Below, one piece after another: positions 58,908 to 64,000 of a stretch of DNA of 64,000 bases (the stretch's first letter is position 1; every line of letters starts with the position of its first letter). The stretch spans positions 75,752 to 139,751 of the forward strand of contig CAVTRY010000006.1 of the NCBI GenBank assembly GCA_963737265.1, given 5' to 3'. The DNA comes from an uncultured delta proteobacterium (lineage in GTDB: Bacteria > Myxococcota_A > Polyangia > Fen-1088). The translations under genes and the position numbers were made by a program. The notes beneath the pieces were generated by a model, which ran no database searches, was not told the DNA's origin, and was given only the letters and a program-made list of their open reading frames with translations.

Positions 58908-60337
58908 ATGCTTTTTAATTCCGCTCATTTCGCCGTCTTTCTTCTGGTGGTTCTTCTCGGGTTCTTCAGCCTCAAGGAAGCGTGGCGGCTGCCCTTGCTT
59001 TTCCTGGCCAGCTGTTATTTCTACATGGCCCTCGTTCCCGCCTACATTCTGATCCTGCTCGCGCTGATCCTGCTCGACTACGGGGTGGCGCTGCTCATGC
59101 AGCGAAAAGGCCGCAGCGAGCAAGGGCGGCGGCTGCTTCTGGTCGCGAGCGTCGTCGGCAATCTCTCGTTTCTGGCGGTCTTCAAGTATTTCAATTTCTT
59201 TATCGAGAACATCGACGCGCTGGCGCGCGCCGGCGGCGCGAGCGGATCGGATTTCGCCTCTCGATGGCGCTTCCGATCGGCCTGTCCTTCCACGTCTTTC
59301 AATCGATGGCTTATACGATCGAGGTCTATCGACGGCGCGTGGCCGCCGAGAAGAATCTTCTGCGCTACGCGCTTTACGTTCTTTTCTTCCCCCAGATGGT
59401 CGCCGGCCCGATCGAGCGGCCCCAGCACCTGCTGCCCAGTCCGCGAAGCTCAAACCCTTTGAGGCGCGCCGCGCGGCTGACGGACTTCGGCTGGTGCTCT
59501 TCGGGCTTCTCAAGAAGGTGGTCATCGCCGACGGGCTCGCCGGCTACGTCAACTGGGTCTACTCCGACACGAGCCAGCAGTCGGGGGGGCCGCTGCTGGC
59601 CGCCACGATCAGCTTCGCGTTCCAGATCTATTATGACTTCGCGGGTTACACCGACATCGCGCGCGGCGTGGCCCAAATCCTGGGCTTCGAGCTCGTCAGG
59701 AACTTCGATCATCCCTACCTCTCAACATCCGTGAAAGAGTTCTGGAGACGCTGGCACATTTCACTTTCCAGTTGGTTCAGGGACTATCTTTACATCCCGC
59801 TCGGCGGGTCGATGACCTCGCCCGCGCGTTGGGCGGTCAACGTTTTGGTCGTCTTCGTTCTCAGCGGGCTCTGGCATGGCGCGAGCTGGACCTTCGTCAT
59901 CTGGGGCGCGCTGCATGGCACGCTCCTCATTGTCGAAAGAGGGCTCGCCCGCGGGCTCAAGGCGATGCCGGCGCTGCAGGGCCGGCTGCGCGTCGTCTTG
60001 GGACGGGTTTGGACCCTGGGCTGGGTCACGCTGGCGTGGATTTCTTTCGCGCGCAAAGCGTGCCCGAGGCGCTGGCGATCATCGGCAAGATCGGGGGAGA
60101 TGTGTTTCACGCCGGGATGTGGACCTGGGGGCAGGCTCTCCTGACGCAGCTGAAAGGCGCGCCGCCTGACTTTCCGGTGGCCATGGCCGTGCTCATGGTG
60201 CTCGGGCTCACGGGGCTGGATGGAAAAATCGCTCAGGCGGCGGCGCCGCTGCGCTGGACCGTCTACGTTCTCAGCATGACCTTTTTCTCAACTTCGGCGC
60301 GATCGATCGGATACCCTTTGTCTATTTCCAATTCTAA
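58908..60337 (+). pseudogene. MBOAT O-acyltransferase (AlgI/DltB-like), at least 4 frameshifts
   Basis: MLFNS, LPIGLSF, FFPQMVAGPIER, DFAGYTDIA, FWRRWHISLSSWFRDYLYIPLGG, GLWHGA, terminal FVYFQF in successive frames. Confidence 0.88.
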
Positions 60338-60356
60338 CGCAAACCGATCGCTGGCC

Positions 60357-61300
60357 ATGAAGGCTGTGGCGCTCCTCGCCGCGGCGCTCTGCCTTCACCT
60401 CGCGATCAATTGGAAATGGGGCCTCTTGTCGATCGGTTCTTCCGAACCCCGTTCTTACCTGGGGCTGCCGCGCCTCCTGGTGCAGACGCCCACGGTCCTC
60501 TATCTTGGCGACAGCGTGCTGAGCGCCACCGACCGGAGAGACCGTGACCTACGGGCATTCCCGAAATGCTCAAGAACAAGCTCGGCGTGGGATACTCCGT
60601 GGCCGCGGTGACCGACGCGGCCTTCCATTATGGCGTGTTCGACGCCATTCTGGAGTACCTCGAGAACCATCGATTCCACGGCCCTTCGATCGCGGTCATC
60701 CCGATCAATCTGCGGGGCTTTTCGGTGCCTTGGATCACCGGACCCTACTGGCAGTTCGTGCTGGAGACCGAGGTTCTGAGACACGAGCAGGAGTGGGGCT
60801 ATCGGTATTTTCTCAAGCCGCTTTTCCTCTACAAGGTCATCGATCCAAACCCGATCAGCGCCACGAAGTCGAGCGAGGCGGTCAGTCCGGGAACTCGACC
60901 GCATCGGCGCGCGGCTGGGTCTAGAGGGCGGACTCGAGGGAGCTCGGGCGGCGTTCGCCGGCGATTATCTCTATGAGCTCGGCGCCGATAACCCGCGCCT
61001 TCGAGAGCTGCTCTCAGGTGGTGACAAGGGCCCGGCGCATGGGGTTCAAGCCTTTGCTCTATTACACGCCCATCGATGACGAGATGGGAACCCGGCTGCT
61101 GGGTCCCGCTTTCGAGCGCCAGGTCAGGGCGACATCAAGATGATCGACGGCGAGCTGGCAAGGTCGGCGTGAGGACATGGGATTACAGCTTCGCGCTTGG
61201 CCACTCTGATTTCAGCTGGCGGGCCGACAATGTGAACGAGCACATCGACGCCGACGGCCGCGGCTTCGTCGCCAGCCAGCTCGCCCGGGTCATCCGCTAA
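60357..61300 (+). pseudogene. SGNH-type acyltransferase partner (AlgJ/DltD-like), frameshifted
   Basis: N-terminal TM, LYLGDS block, C-terminal NVNEHID...G; directly follows MBOAT. Confidence 0.6.
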
Positions 61301-61426
61301 CGGCGCGGTTTTTGGCCGCCGGCTTTCGGCCGCGCGGCTGATCGCCGAGCACCTGCTTCAAAGGGCACACCTGAAGAGCGGACATTTCTTGCAGCCGGCA
61401 ACGATCGCGATCGGGCAAAGTGTCAT
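61290..61426 (-). pseudogene. Small Cys-rich protein (about 45 aa) with 1-nt deletion
   Basis: MTLCPIAIVAGCKKCPLF / xVCPLKQVLGDQPRGRKP...; one base near 61372 restores the frame. Confidence 0.6.
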
Positions 61427-61514
61427 GTGCCTCAGTATACCTTAGATGGCCGGCGGCGATCGTTAAATAAAAAGTCGTGAGAAATGCGGTGGGGCGCCCG
61501 ATACAATCGAAATC

Positions 61515-62110
61515 ATGAAGCGCGCGTTCTTGCTCCTGGCCCTGGTTCTGCCCGCGTCGGCTCACGGCCGGCAGTTCCGCTACACGTGCGTGAGCCCCGA
61601 TCGGGGCGTCTTACGTCGTCGAGGAGCGCCAGGGGGCGCACCGCGCCTACGTGCACCGGGTCGACCTGAGTCTGACCGGCCTGATGTGCGCGACGATGGG
61701 TCCGCAGGGCGCCGAGATCGGTCTTGTGTGGACGTCGTTCGAGCTCAGCGCGGCGCGACTGGACTCTGATGATCCGAACATCGTCGATTTCGATTTTCAG
61801 GCCGAAGAGCTCGATCCGGCCTGCGCGGGCCGGCCGAGCAAAGCTGCGCAATTCATGCTGGAACTACCGCATGATCACGCAGGACGTGCGGGTGGATGTC
61901 GCCCGACCCTCGGAGTCTGAAGTCGTGCTGCGCGACTATGGGCGCAAGGTCGTGAGCCGCGTCGCAGTCGAGTGTTCCCTGGGATTCACCGATGCGGCCT
62001 ACGGTGCGATGCTCAAGGCGGCCGTCGCCCAGACGGGCCCGTTCTGCAGACTGCCGGCCGCGCTCAGCCCGAGCGCGCAAGCCACGCCTTGCCCCGTTTC
62101 AGCGCTGTGA
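61515..62110 (+). pseudogene. Secreted hypothetical protein, frameshifted
   Basis: Signal peptide MKRAFLLLALVLPASAHG; protein-like pieces in three successive frames. Confidence 0.45.
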
Positions 62111-62162
62111 TGCCCCAGTTCGCCCTTGCGGCGCGAGGCTCGGCGAACTTAAAATCGGCCAA

Positions 62163-63720
62163 GTGGGTGGCACGCGCGCAAAAGCAGGGCCGTGGTCTGA
62201 GATCGCGATCGTCGCCGCCGCGCTCGCGCTCGCGCTCGTTTTGCTGACCGCGCACCTCGGCACAGTACTCATGATGCACGGAGACGAGTGCTGGTTCGCC
62301 CTGCGGGCCCGCGAGATCGCCGGGGCGCGCGCCCGCTCATCGGAATGAACGAGTACACCGGCCCTCAATATGAATATGCGCTCGCCCTGATCATGCGCGT
62401 GTTCGGCCACGAAGCGGTCGCGATGAGGTCGCTCGGCTCGGGGCTCAACACCGGGGCCGCCTGCTCTTCTGGCTCGCCACGCGGCGCCTGTTCGGCGCTC
62501 GCGCGGCGAGTCGCGCTGGTCGTGCTCGTCTCAGCGCCGTTCTTCCACGCTCGATGGCAGGATCGTCGGCGAGAATTTCGCGCTCAATCCGGTGCTCGCC
62601 ATGGCATCGGCCGTGCTCTTGCTGAAAGGGCCGTCTCGCGTGCCGGCGCGGCGGCCCGGCGGCTTGCTTGCCGCTGACCTCGGCGCGGGTTTTCTTCTCG
62701 GAATGGGCGTCTGGAACCATATTATTTTTCTGCCGTGGCCCCTGGCCCTTCTGGCCTATGCCACAGTCGCGACCGGGCGGGCCGTGGCGCGGTCTGGCCG
62801 CATTGCCTGGGTCGTTGCCGGTTTCGTCGTCGCGCAGGTTCCTCACGCCCTTCATCTGCTCGCTGGTTCGCCGCGCACGCCCGAGGAGGTGTTCTACTGG
62901 CCGCGGCTGCTGGGCCGGTTGCCCGGGCGGCTGGTCGATTGGATTGAGCTTTACGGGCGGTTCCTGGACGGCGGATTGCTTTTTCGCAGCCAGGTCGGCC
63001 AGGAGCGCCTGGTGTCCGCCGCTCGCGGGTCTGGCTTTCGCGGCGGCGATCGTCTTCGTGGCGTGGCTGGCGTTTGGCCCGCGCGCGCGGCGCGACCGGG
63101 GGCTCAACCTCTGGGGCCGCTGTGCGCGGCGTTCGCGACCTGCTTTCTGCTCACCCTCGTCATCACGCTCGACAACGCCGATCGCTATTTCATCCTGCCG
63201 CTGTGGTTCGCGCCCGTCTTCATCGGTGTGGCCATCGATCGCGCCCGCGCCCGCGGGCTGCCGCGGTGGCTGGCGACTGCCGTCGTGGCGGCGCTCGCGG
63301 CCTTCGGTCTCGTGCGCACCGGCGTGAATTATTTCGCCACCTATCTCGAGACCGGCGGCCGCGCGACCTCTTTTATGCTGGGCGACATGCCCGAGACCAG
63401 CGCTCCCGCCATTCGCAATGACCGACTCTAATGCCGAACTGGTCGCGCTCGGCGCGCGCGACATCGTGACGGAGCGATCGATCGGTCTGCAGCTCAAGTA
63501 CCAGGACATCGATCACCAGGCGTTTCGGACCGTCGCGACGATCGATTCGGTCGTGCCGGGCCAGCCGCTCCGCGTGCGGCCCGGCACGCTTTTCGTCGCC
63601 TACCGCGAAGGTCCGCGCCAGTTCGCGCCCGAATCGCTCATCGGGGGGCGGGTGCTCAAGGAGGTGGCGATTGGCTTCGCGATCTGGACGGGGCCACCGG
63701 CGCCAAGGACGAAACGATGA
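62163..63720 (+). pseudogene. GT-C fold (ArnT/PMT-like) glycosyltransferase, frameshifted
   Basis: TM followed by HGDE loop, GMNEYTGP, many TM segments, DRYFILP; pieces in several frames. Confidence 0.6.
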
Positions 63721-64000
63721 CCCGCGATCGACGCCAGTCTCGCCGTCGTGAAGCCGCCACCGTCGCTGAGACGGCGGCGGCGAAAGCCGTCTCAGCGGCA
63801 GGAAGGGCAGCCGGACGTTCAGTCTCGGCTTCGGTCATGCGGGCGAACTGACGGCAGATTCTGCCGGCTCGAGCGCGGGCCCGCGGCGTGCCGAAACGTG
63901 GATATGGGAACAGCGGCGAGTCTGCGTAGGGGAGCGGCATGGGTTCTGGCACTGGCCTTCGCGGCGTCGGGATGCAATAGCGCGCAACGCCAGCCGGGGC

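Noticed and set aside
63656-63952. Minus-strand 98-aa ORF at the window end
   Set aside because: No motif; lies in the error-rich tail and overlaps the GT-C end

Overview
GC-rich bacterial chromosomal window. The gene content (Hanks-type Ser/Thr kinases, Cys-rich lipoproteins, TSP3-OmpA, choice-of-anchor Ig repeats, sigma54 activator) suggests a Myxococcota-like organism, which is inference only. Positions 1-58.1 kb are mostly intact housekeeping and accessory genes: two diguanylate cyclases, sodC, bioA, MATE plus radical SAM, cvfB, rnr (one 1-nt frameshift), RluA, ssb, Slt, argD-argF, recD and a 5'-truncated recB. The most notable items are: (i) a fusion of a PD-(D/E)XK/Mrr-like fold to a class III nucleotidyl cyclase with non-canonical base-specifying residues; (ii) an orphan Tae4-Tai4 amidase effector/immunity pair; (iii) a translationally coupled triheme c7 cytochrome + beta-barrel porin + lipoprotein cytochrome module, resembling a minimal porin-cytochrome conduit; (iv) a decayed islet at 42.6-44.2 kb with a broken toxin-antitoxin pair and a satP stub; (v) a junction at about 58.1-58.3 kb where a piece of recB is inverted and abuts a 2x39-bp REP-like tandem repeat. 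Beyond that junction nearly every gene (MBOAT, SGNH, GT-C) is repeatedly frameshifted, which suggests a low-quality or chimeric read tail. No rRNA, tRNA, CRISPR array or intact transposase was seen. All product calls come from motif recognition, not database searches.
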